A DNA stretch of 38,361 bases from Promethearchaeota archaeon (GTDB taxonomy: Archaea > Asgardarchaeota > Lokiarchaeia > Sigyniarchaeales > SOKP01): contig JBHLOY010000016.1 of assembly GCA_048939995.1 (NCBI GenBank), positions 1 through 38,361 on the forward strand, given 5' to 3'. The notes beneath the pieces were generated by a model, which saw nothing but the letters and a program-made list of their open reading frames with translations, searched no databases and was not told where the DNA came from. The position numbers and the translations under genes are program-made. This document shows, one piece after another, positions 28,204 to 36,585 of the stretch (position 1 is the stretch's first letter; every line of letters begins with the position of its first letter).

Positions 28204-30225
28204 CTAATCAAGGTTCTTCAATTTTTCTTGTTCTTTTAACTTCTTTTTTTCTAGTTTTTTCTTTTGTTTTTCCAATTTTTTTTGTTTTTTTGCCTCTTGT
28301 TTTGCTTCTTTTTCTTTTTGTTTTCGTTCTAGTTTTAACCTTTTAAGTTCTTGTTTCTCTCTTTCAATAGCTTCTAGTTCTGCTTGTTCTTTTTTTAATC
28401 GTTCTGTTTCTAATCTTAAAGCTTCTTCTTTCTCTCTTTCAATTTTTTCCAATCGTTCTCTTTTCAAATGTTCTTGGGCTAGCCTTTCCTTTTCTACACG
28501 CATTTGTTCCAGCCGCTCCATTTCTTTTCTCTGCATTTCTTGTCTTTCTCGCTCTTTTCTTTCCCGTTCTAATCTTTCTAATCTTTCTTTCTCCAAACGA
28601 GCTTTTTCTATTCGTTCTTTTTCCAACCTTTCTCGTTCTGCAATCTCAAAAATCCACTCATCGATTTTTCGAGACAAGTCCCCTTTTTCTTTTTCTGACA
28701 ATCCAAAACCCGGTTCTTTTTTAATATAAATATTAGTATATTTACTCATTTCCCAGATTTTCGCTTGGTGTAGCGTGGTTGAGCTTACTCCCATTTGTCG
28801 TGCACTTTCTCTCGCAACCTCAAAAGCTTGTCCGATAGATGGCATATCATAATTTTCTGCGATTACTTTTTTTAAGTAGAGAAGTATTTGGTTAATATCT
28901 GGGTTAGGTGGTGGCGGTAATGGTTTAAGTTCCACAGTTTCAGATTTTAAAGTTTCTAATTCAAATGCTTCTTGTTCCATTTCTCGTATTTCCGTTCGTA
29001 TTTTGGAAATATCGGGAGCTTTCGCATCAATTTGTTCCCAGTTTGAGGGTGATTCTACAAGTTTGGGTAATACTTTAGATTCTTGTTTTGCTTTTCTCTG
29101 AAATTGAATAGGCCAACTGATAAATGCATAAAGACGATCTTCAGCCGAGGCAAAAACCGATGCTTTAGAAGTACCTGAGTCTCGTTTTGAAGAAATTGGT
29201 GGCATATTCGATCTTAAATTTAATCCTGCTTGTTCTATTATGGAGAATAGATACATAGGATCAAACTCAAGATTAGAATAAATCCTTTTTAAGGTTTTAA
29301 TATTATCCTCAATAATGCTGAGGTTCATATTAGAGATTGTTGCATCTAAAAGTGCATCTGCTGTAAATTTAATCCCATATAACCCTGCTGTTGGGTTGAG
29401 GTAAGCTGAGTCTCCACTGGTTCTCATTTTATCAGAAACCAAGATTTGGTTATAATAATCCCAATGTGCACTTATAATCTTATGACCTTCAATTGAGATG
29501 GGATATGAATCCTCTTTTCGTATTTGTTCCATCATTTCCAAAAAGATATCCTTATGAGGTATAAACACATTTCGCATTAGCGCCCCCTTTATGAAGGTTA
29601 AGTGGTCCTCTGATTTATTAGACAAATCAACAGGGACTTTTATCACTTTTTCTGCTATAATTACGTCGGGATCTTCTTCTAAAGTGATATTTGCTGAAGT
29701 AGCCATTAAATCATACGCGAAATCAGGTAATACTAATCCAGTTAATATTCTCTTATCAGTCACATATTTGCCGGACTCTAATTCAAATTTAAGAAAGTAA
29801 TAGCCTATGCCAAATAAGTAATGAAGAGTTCCTTTATTAGTTTCAATTGAATAATCATACCCACTAAAAAAGATAACGCCATCTGTCTCAATTTTTGAGA
29901 CGGGATGATTAACATAGGTTCCTAGTGCGGGATAGCCTAATAAATCACTCCAACTAGGGATCATAAAGAGTGAGTTATTGGGATATAATTTGCTATCCAT
30001 TTTCAGTTGTTCAAATCGTTCTTTTTGGAGCCTTTCTCTTTCAAGTCGTTCCATTTCAAGTCGTTCCATTTCAAGTCTTTCTTTTTCAAGTCTTTCTTGC
30101 TCTAGTCTTTCTTGTTCTAACCTTTCTTGCTCAAGCTTTTCTTGTTCAATTCTTTCTTTTTCAAGGATTTCCTCTTCTGACTCTTCTCTTTCCCATGGAT
30201 CTTCAATTGATTTATCAAACCCCAT
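28204..30225 (-). CDS. Hypothetical protein with E/R/K-rich helical repeats at both ends and an unknown globular core
   Basis: (LEQER/LEMER)n near the N-terminus; long ERLEKE-rich C-terminus; PLPPPP motif. Confidence 0.85.
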   Translation of the reverse strand: MGFDKSIEDPWEREESEEEILEKERIEQEKLEQERLEQERLEQERLEKERLEMERLEMERLERERLQKERFEQLKMDSKLYPNNSLFMIPSWSDLLGYPALGTYVNHPVSKIETDGVIFFSGYDYSIETNKGTLHYLFGIGYYFLKFELESGKYVTDKRILTGLVLPDFAYDLMATSANITLEEDPDVIIAEKVIKVPVDLSNKSEDHLTFIKGALMRNVFIPHKDIFLEMMEQIRKEDSYPISIEGHKIISAHWDYYNQILVSDKMRTSGDSAYLNPTAGLYGIKFTADALLDATISNMNLSIIEDNIKTLKRIYSNLEFDPMYLFSIIEQAGLNLRSNMPPISSKRDSGTSKASVFASAEDRLYAFISWPIQFQRKAKQESKVLPKLVESPSNWEQIDAKAPDISKIRTEIREMEQEAFELETLKSETVELKPLPPPPNPDINQILLYLKKVIAENYDMPSIGQAFEVARESARQMGVSSTTLHQAKIWEMSKYTNIYIKKEPGFGLSEKEKGDLSRKIDEWIFEIAERERLEKERIEKARLEKERLERLERERKERERQEMQRKEMERLEQMRVEKERLAQEHLKRERLEKIEREKEEALRLETERLKKEQAELEAIEREKQELKRLKLERKQKEKEAKQEAKKQKKLEKQKKKLEKKKLKEQEKLKNLD
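30030..30160 (-). repeat. Imperfect 15-bp coding tandem repeats (LExER pentads)
   Basis: ttcaagtcgttccat x2 followed by degenerate copies. Confidence 0.75.
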
Positions 30226-30398
30226 AATATCAACTCTAAATGTAAATTTTCATTAAAATTGTTTTACTGCCTAGTATAATAAAGTCCATCATATTATAGT
30301 TTTTGGACGTTATATTGTAACATAATTATTGACAATAATGTGAAATATATATATTCAATTAGGTTAAGATATTATGGGTTGTTCTAAAAGGGATTATT

Positions 30399-31238
30399 AT
30401 GAAGCGATCGAGATTAGGAAATTATTTGTGCATTACAAGTCTTTTAATAGTAATTGTTTCTCTGATCATATTGATTATAGTAAATGCAGAATATATATCT
30501 GAATTAATAGCTTTTTTAGTCATTATTCTAATACTACCACTTTTAAGCGGCTTTTTAGGTATTCTAGTAGCCATCATATATCGTGATTTTATACCTCGCA
30601 AATCTATGGAATATCCGATTAGAATGATTAGAAGGGATTCAAAGGAACCAGAAAAAATGAGAATGAAAATTTCATTATTAGGGGATCCTGTTTTAGGTAA
30701 TGGATTACTCCGGAAGTATCGTTCCGGTCTTTTCCTGGCAAATAATAAATTAATCCTTGGGTTTGATCTCTATACTAAGATCTTTTATCAACAAGATAAA
30801 AATTCTTCATTGAGGAGAACAATACAGTTAGAAATATGGGATATGACAAGAATAGACAAGAGTAAATTTATTGAAATGTTAAAATATTATATTTCTGGTT
30901 CACAATGCGTTATTATTGTGCATGATGTTACAAATCTAGAAGCATTGGAGCGTTTGCCTTTTTGGTTACAAACTATTCGAGAAATTAGTCGTAAGATCCT
31001 CGTTTTCTTAATAGTTAATAAAATTCATTTAGTAGAGACTGACAAAGTAATTAAAGAGGAAGGTATTGAAACCACTAATATGTATAATCTATCGCATTCC
31101 ATGAAAACGTCTTCAAACGCTAGCCAAGATATTGAAAAATCATTCAAATCTTTAGTTGAATTGATAATTCAACTACGTACTCAAAATAGGGTGAAAGAGA
31201 ATATAACAAATAAAGGCTCCAATGATTTCCAGAATTAG
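30399..31238 (+). CDS. Membrane-anchored Rab-like small GTPase with degenerate motifs (probable pseudo-GTPase)
   Basis: Two N-terminal TM helices; KISLLGDPVLGNG (G1), IQLEIWDMTR (G3), IIVHDVTN, LIVNKIHL (G4), KTSSN (G5). Confidence 0.85.
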   Translation: MKRSRLGNYLCITSLLIVIVSLIILIIVNAEYISELIAFLVIILILPLLSGFLGILVAIIYRDFIPRKSMEYPIRMIRRDSKEPEKMRMKISLLGDPVLGNGLLRKYRSGLFLANNKLILGFDLYTKIFYQQDKNSSLRRTIQLEIWDMTRIDKSKFIEMLKYYISGSQCVIIVHDVTNLEALERLPFWLQTIREISRKILVFLIVNKIHLVETDKVIKEEGIETTNMYNLSHSMKTSSNASQDIEKSFKSLVELIIQLRTQNRVKENITNKGSNDFQN

Positions 31239-31317
31239 AGGTAAATTCTTATATTAAAGAAATACTCGTTATATTAGAGAATTCTAAATTTAAATTGTAA
31301 AAAATAAATGAATAGTT

Positions 31318-31719
31318 ATGACAGATTATGTAGAAAATCTGATAAGAGGGCTTCCAGGAGAGGCGTTAATTATTGTCGCGTTTAGTGAAGCCTTTATCAA
31401 ACAAAATATTGAAAATATCTCAAGCAGTTTTCTGCCAATTTATGGTATTGTTGTATTGATCGCAGTATTTATCACTACCTTCATTTTGAAATATTTTGCG
31501 ACTGGAATTGCTAAATTTGATGGATTTAAAGCCAATAATGGAGCGATGGTTGGCTTAATTTTTACACTAATAGTTTCGTTTCAGGCTGTTAGTTATACTT
31601 TAGTAGTAGTTGGAAGGTATATTATTTCAAATACCGATATTCTAATACTGGTGACCTTTCTAAGTATCATTATAGGGTTAGTATTGAGCGCTGTAGCAAC
31701 AATTTTCCCAAAATCTTAA
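31318..31719 (+). CDS. Small membrane protein (3-4 TM)
   Basis: Hydrophobic 133-aa ORF followed by a T-tract. Confidence 0.7.
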   Translation: MTDYVENLIRGLPGEALIIVAFSEAFIKQNIENISSSFLPIYGIVVLIAVFITTFILKYFATGIAKFDGFKANNGAMVGLIFTLIVSFQAVSYTLVVVGRYIISNTDILILVTFLSIIIGLVLSAVATIFPKS

Positions 31720-31960
31720 TCAACTTTTTTTTATTTTTTATTATAAATATCTGTTCTAATGATATTCTTTACTTGAGTTTGAATAATAGATGTTAAAATT
31801 TGAATCACTTTTTTGGATTTTCTTTAATTTGAGAGGTATTTTTTAGGGTTTTTGATCATTTATTTTATCTAAAGTTTTTATTTTGGTAAATTGTTGAAAA
31901 TTATATCGGAATGAGTATTTTCCCGTAAAAGATTAAGATTAAGGGATTAAAATTTAATCC

Positions 31961-32013
31961 TAGAGAAAGTTTTTTATATTAAAATGTAAATTTGTTACTT
32001 ACAATATTGTATA
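31961..32013 (+). promoter_or_regulatory. BRE/TATA-like element plus palindromic operator TGTAA-N9-TTACA, copy 1
   Basis: tagagaaagttttttatattaaaatgtaaatttgttacttacaatattgtata; near-identical to 35706..35758 except in the N9 spacer. Confidence 0.7.
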
Positions 32014-32064
32014 TAAATTATATGAACCATTATCAAGAAATCTAATTAAAATTTAAGAGAGGGA

Positions 32065-32553
32065 ATAAAAATTTCACTTGAGGATACCTTTAATGGAGCA
32101 AAAAATGCATTTATTTTACTCGATGCGTTTATAGGTACGGTGGTAAAGCAAATTGGAGAAGAGAAAACGTATAATATGATTGAAACTACTTGCCAGAACA
32201 TGGGAGCCCTACAAGGTAGAATGTCAAAGAGTCAAGCGAGAAGGGAGAAAATTAAAGAGATGACTCCAAAAAACGCTTCAATTTTAGCTTCAGGCGCTAT
32301 TAAGGGATTTGGTATTAATTCAGAAATACTAAAAGAGAGTGATGATAAGGTTAGCATGAAAGTAGGGAAATGCCCCGTATATGAAGCCGCTATAATGATG
32401 GGTTTAAATCCGGAGATGTTTTGCCGACGGAGTGCTATACCATTTATGGATAGTTTAGTGAAGGAATTAAATCCTGACTTACAATATGAGCTGGAAAAGT
32501 TTAGAAAAGGACAAGATGATTTTTGTGAAGAGTCAATTGCATTAGTAAAATAA
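32065..32553 (+). CDS. V4R/H-NOX-superfamily-like ligand-binding protein (ATC-hydrolase-like family)
   Basis: KVGKCPVYE...FC...LNP...FCEE cysteine pattern. The frame is open upstream of the GTG at 32140 (ISLEDTFNGAKNAFILLDAFIGT), with ATA 32065 and ATT 32071 after a purine-rich site. Confidence 0.7.
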   Translation: MKISLEDTFNGAKNAFILLDAFIGTVVKQIGEEKTYNMIETTCQNMGALQGRMSKSQARREKIKEMTPKNASILASGAIKGFGINSEILKESDDKVSMKVGKCPVYEAAIMMGLNPEMFCRRSAIPFMDSLVKELNPDLQYELEKFRKGQDDFCEESIALVK

Positions 32554-32627
32554 GTTCAATAAACTAATTTTTCTTTTTTATTTTTATTTCAATACAGCTG
32601 AGAGTAGAATCTATTAAAGAGGGAGTA

Positions 32628-32933
32628 ATGAAACCGTTAAACGATAAAGAGTGGAAAGAATTTCAAAATAAAATAAAGAAAGCAGATATGCTACAAAATA
32701 CCGTAGGAGTTAATCTGTTTATAATACGGATGACTATCTTTAAAGCTTCGGATGGATCTATTTATTTAACTAAAAAGGAAGAATATCAGAAACTAAAACA
32801 AGAAACGAAGTTTGTGGGGGAATTCCCCAAAAAACAAAAAAGGAATTATAAGGTCTTTGAAGCAGCTTATTATATATTCATTTTTGGTTTAATATTTGTA
32901 ATATTTATCCTTGTTATTATTTTCTTAAGTTAA
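32628..32933 (+). CDS. Small tail-anchored hypothetical protein
   Basis: GAGGGAG ribosome-binding site; single hydrophobic helix at the extreme C-terminus. Confidence 0.7.
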   Translation: MKPLNDKEWKEFQNKIKKADMLQNTVGVNLFIIRMTIFKASDGSIYLTKKEEYQKLKQETKFVGEFPKKQKRNYKVFEAAYYIFIFGLIFVIFILVIIFLS

Positions 32934-33249
32934 ATGTTAAATCAAATTTTATCTAACAATAAAATTATTTTGAAAAAGTTAATCGTTAGAAACCAGTGAA
33001 TTGACCTTCTTTTCTATTGTATCTAATCTGTCCAGAATTAATATAAGGATGGGCTTATAGTAGGAATCTGCATCTATTTGATGGAATCGTACATTCCGCG
33101 TTTAATTATCTCATTTAATAAAATTTTATTAATAGAATTATTATAGAAGGTAGGAATAAAAAAATAAAATATATAAATAATTGGATTTTTTTGTCAATAA
33201 TTGGCAAGAATAAATAATATAAATAAAAAATAAATTAAATCTTTTAGGG

Positions 33250-34662
33250 GTAAATCCGATCATAGTAATTTGTCTGGCTATAACTGGATTAGCTCTTATA
33301 TTAGTTTTTATTTTACTCTATTTCATTTTCGAGCGCGACATAAAAAATCGAAAGAAAGTTATCAAAAATGCTTTTGGTGCACATTGGATACGTGCTAATA
33401 TAGGAGTAAAAAAGGCAAATGTAGTAGATGCTCTCAACGTAGGCATACCAAATGTAGTAGATGCTATCAACGCAAATTGGATTCAACATAATAGACTAAA
33501 TAGGTATAAATCACCTCCTTCGCTTGAAAAAAAAATCAATCAATATATAACCCTTAGATTGGAGAATGGCAGAACTTATATTTATATTAATGGTAAGAGG
33601 TTTATTCAATGTATTCGATTAATCTTAAACATTTCAAAAGCCGACATACCTCTATATGATGAGATAGATTCAATTGATGAAGCAGCAAAAATATATACTA
33701 GGCATTTACATCAAAATAGAATCGTGACTGGTCCTATGGCTTTTCCTGTGCGAGATCAGTATCACACAATTACACCAAAACAAGAATTTTGGGGGCATTG
33801 TTCAAACATTCAAGCCTGGGTTGAACACGACTATGATACGAGGATTTTAATGAGCAATATTTCTTTTCCAATGCTAAGAGAATTGGCTAAAGCGGGAGAT
33901 GTTAAGGCTCGAAAAGTGTTTAAAGAAGAAATTGCATTAAGGCTTGAAAGTGGATATCCTTCTGTCGTTCAATATCTATTTGCTCAAGGTTATATCAAAG
34001 AATTTACACCCGATGAGTTACAAACAATTTTAGAGTCATCTAATCTTATTGAGAAACTCTCATCTCAACCTAAGATTTTATTATGGCTTTTAAAAATTTG
34101 CATCCATAAAATTCCAACTTTAACTGAAGATATTTTATTAAAAATATTAAATCTTCCCAATGGTAAAAACACACTTCTTTTAATTATTCAAAGACAAGCT
34201 ATAACACCCTTTATTCCAAAATATGTGCTAAAATATGGAATATGGAATAATGCCCACTCTTTATTGACTCTTAAATCAGCATTAGAAAATCTATTTAATA
34301 GAGTCGATGAAAAAACCGGTGAGACTATTCTAGACTGCATTCAAGAGATTAATAATCAGCTAGAATTGCAAAAGCCAGGAATAAACACAGCAGATATAAT
34401 TGGGAATATGGTTTTGCAAAATAAGGTTTTAGATGAGAAACAGAAGCTTAAAATCATGGAAAATTTGTTAAAGAGGCAGAAGAAATGCTCATATTGCGGG
34501 AAAGTAATTCCAAAGGATAGAGACATCTGTGAATGGTGTGGACATAAAAAAGACGATGATGAAGGAGGATCTTTTCCATATCCATTTATTTTTAAACCTC
34601 CTGGAGGGGGTGGAGGTACAATGAAGGGAGTGGCAGTAGTTCCAGTTAAAGTTAAAACTTAA
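33250..34662 (+). CDS. Lokiarchaeal-type domain protein with N-terminal TM helix and C-terminal zinc ribbon
   Basis: ORF track gives 33559..34662, but the frame is open from 33223. Contains KINQYITLRLENGRTYIYINGKRFIQC and EFWGHCSNIQAW motifs, CSYC...CEWC, and a FPYPFIFKPP tail. Start uncertain. Confidence 0.75.
   Translation, partial: VNPIIVICLAITGLALILVFILLYFIFERDIKNRKKVIKNAFGAHWIRANIGVKKANVVDALNVGIPNVVDAINANWIQHNRLNRYKSPPSLEKKINQYITLRLENGRTYIYINGKRFIQCIRLILNISKADIPLYDEIDSIDEAAKIYTRHLHQNRIVTGPMAFPVRDQYHTITPKQEFWGHCSNIQAWVEHDYDTRILMSNISFPMLRELAKAGDVKARKVFKEEIALRLESGYPSVVQYLFAQGYIKEFTPDELQTILESSNLIEKLSSQPKILLWLLKICIHKIPTLTEDILLKILNLPNGKNTLLLIIQRQAITPFIPKYVLKYGIWNNAHSLLTLKSALENLFNRVDEKTGETILDCIQEINNQLELQKPGINTADIIGNMVLQNKVLDEKQKLKIMENLLKRQKKCSYCGKVIPKDRDICEWCGHKKDDDEGGSFPYPFIFKPPGGGGGTMKGVAVVPVKVKT
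33416..33472 (+). repeat. In-frame 33-bp-period duplication (NVVDAxN x2)
   Basis: caaatgtagtagatgctctcaacg / caaatgtagtagatgctatcaacg. Confidence 0.8.
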
Positions 34663-34775
34663 TCCTAAAACAAAAATTTTAGAGTGAGGTAATTTGATTA
34701 GAAGGGGAGACAATGATTATCTTTATATACTTGTTACAATATAAAAAATAGAATAAAGATAAAGCTAAGCCTTTA

Positions 34776-35696
34776 TTATTCATTCTTAGGAGTTTTCTGT
34801 TTAATTTCTTTTTTCTCCTTGCTAACTTTTTCTTTCAATTTTGATGCACCTTCTTTAATTTTCGCTTTCCCTCGATTTAACCTTGCTTTAAACTGTTCCG
34901 GATTCTTTTTATAGTAATATAAAGTGATGCCTCCTAATGTAGATAAAATACTTAGAGTTACAACCACCCCAATAATTGTGTTGATAAGATTACTATCAAA
35001 AGCCCCATTAGTACCACTACCACTAACTAAACTAAACTCTAGTGAAAAATCATTAAGGCCTGAGACTATTTCGTTATAAGAACTATAATTAACTCCATCT
35101 CCATAATTTAATCCACATGCATAGATACTTACATTTTCTAATATATCATAATTAAAGACAATATCACCATTATTGTATAAAATAGTTTCAAAGGAGCCTG
35201 TAAATGAACCATTATCAAGATTAAAATTTTCCCAAGCAGCTACCCAATAAGAACTAAAATTTTTAATATACATTTGCCCTGAAGATCCATCCAAGTTAAC
35301 CCAGTATGGGGCAATAATGTTTTGATGGTGTGGATGACTTGAAGGTATTGTTCCACTTGTTTGAACGGACTTAAATGAAAAAGTTAGATAACCCTCTGTT
35401 ACAATATGGATTTTTATAAACTCACCGTCATAAAAGGTGAAATTAAATGGCAATGTAGTTGACACAGAATTATCATCACCTAGTATCAATTCAGTTCCAC
35501 TAGAAGCATCAACCCAATTATAAGGATGACCTACAATAAGTTTATACCTATTTGGGCCTGCACTTGTATTAATTTGAGATGTGCTTTGCTGTATCTGATT
35601 TTTATATGGAGCAATAGATATTAATAATGCTGAGATTAGAAAAAGCAGTATAAGTAGATATCCAAATTTTGAATTGATTCTACTCATAATTTTCAC
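34776..35696 (-). CDS. Membrane-anchored surface protein with a nidogen-like (NIDO-type) domain
   Basis: Signal or TM helix; DD...LPFNFTFY...EGYLTF...IAPYWVNL...FETILYNNGDIVFNY; C-terminal TM and Lys-rich tail. Confidence 0.75.
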   Translation of the reverse strand: MKIMSRINSKFGYLLILLFLISALLISIAPYKNQIQQSTSQINTSAGPNRYKLIVGHPYNWVDASSGTELILGDDNSVSTTLPFNFTFYDGEFIKIHIVTEGYLTFSFKSVQTSGTIPSSHPHHQNIIAPYWVNLDGSSGQMYIKNFSSYWVAAWENFNLDNGSFTGSFETILYNNGDIVFNYDILENVSIYACGLNYGDGVNYSSYNEIVSGLNDFSLEFSLVSGSGTNGAFDSNLINTIIGVVVTLSILSTLGGITLYYYKKNPEQFKARLNRGKAKIKEGASKLKEKVSKEKKEIKQKTPKNE

Positions 35697-35705
35697 GTCT
35701 AATAA

Positions 35706-35758
35706 TTAGAGAAAGTTTTTATATTAAAATGTAAGTTGATGATTTACAATATTGTATA
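35706..35758. promoter_or_regulatory. TATA-like element plus TGTAA-N9-TTACA operator, copy 2
   Basis: tagagaaagtttttatattaaaatgtaagttgatgatttacaatattgtata; lies just upstream of the minus-strand gene starting at 35696. Confidence 0.7.
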
Positions 35759-35827
35759 AAAATGAAATAAAGTTGTAGAAGTGAAAGCAATGAAATGAAA
35801 CTTAAGTAGTTCAAATATGCAAAGCAA

Positions 35828-36364
35828 TTATCTATTTTGAAGATCCTCTACAACTTTTTTATACTTTTCATGAATAAGAGTCTTATCAAAATCCCAAAAC
35901 TCTTGGAGCATCTTATTTTGTTCTTCGTTGGTGAAATATTTCATTACAGGAATAAAAAAATGCTTGTCTTCTTTCTCTATATGCTTTGGGTAAAAAGTAG
36001 TTAATTCACCTATTAGATCAACAATTTTATTTACTACATTTTTATTACCATTTACGTATAGATTTTTAGCCTCCACTAACTTACCGACTGTAGATCTTGC
36101 CCAGATATGTTCTTGTACAAGCTCTTCCATTATCTTGTTATGATTCGGAGAGATTTCTTTCTTTTCGAGGTCTCGAAAGAGAATATCTTCTTCTTTTCCA
36201 TGATGGGTTCTATCAGCATACATTCTAATAAAGTCTACAGCAATGTTAATGAAAATAGGATTTGCTTTGTTATATTTCTTCATTTTGATGATCTCCTCAT
36301 CCATAAGGGCGATCATCTTTTCAATTAATCGATGTTCTGTCATTAATGGCCCAATTGGCATCAT
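35828..36364 (-). CDS. Hemerythrin/HHE-domain protein
   Basis: LMTEH, HHGKEEDILF, LVQEH and HIEKEDKHFF di-iron motifs. Confidence 0.92.
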   Translation of the reverse strand: MMPIGPLMTEHRLIEKMIALMDEEIIKMKKYNKANPIFINIAVDFIRMYADRTHHGKEEDILFRDLEKKEISPNHNKIMEELVQEHIWARSTVGKLVEAKNLYVNGNKNVVNKIVDLIGELTTFYPKHIEKEDKHFFIPVMKYFTNEEQNKMLQEFWDFDKTLIHEKYKKVVEDLQNR

Positions 36365-36585
36365 TTTCTATTTTATCTCATAAATGATTATTTGAAATTT
36401 AATAACACAAATGACTGAGAGTAAATAATACTAATTTTTATAAAAAAAAGGAATAAGTGAACAGTTCTTTATAATTCAGTTGCAAAAATTGTCCCAAAAT
36501 CTTAACCAACACTATGTTAATATCTGTAATACTTTTTTTTTTCAAATTTTGAGATTAATATTCTCCTGAACAAATAATGATTACC

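Noticed and set aside
32950-33110. Minus-strand frame with KPILILILDRL, faintly like an IS630 DDE strand
   Set aside because: Too short, no start codon and no other transposase motifs.
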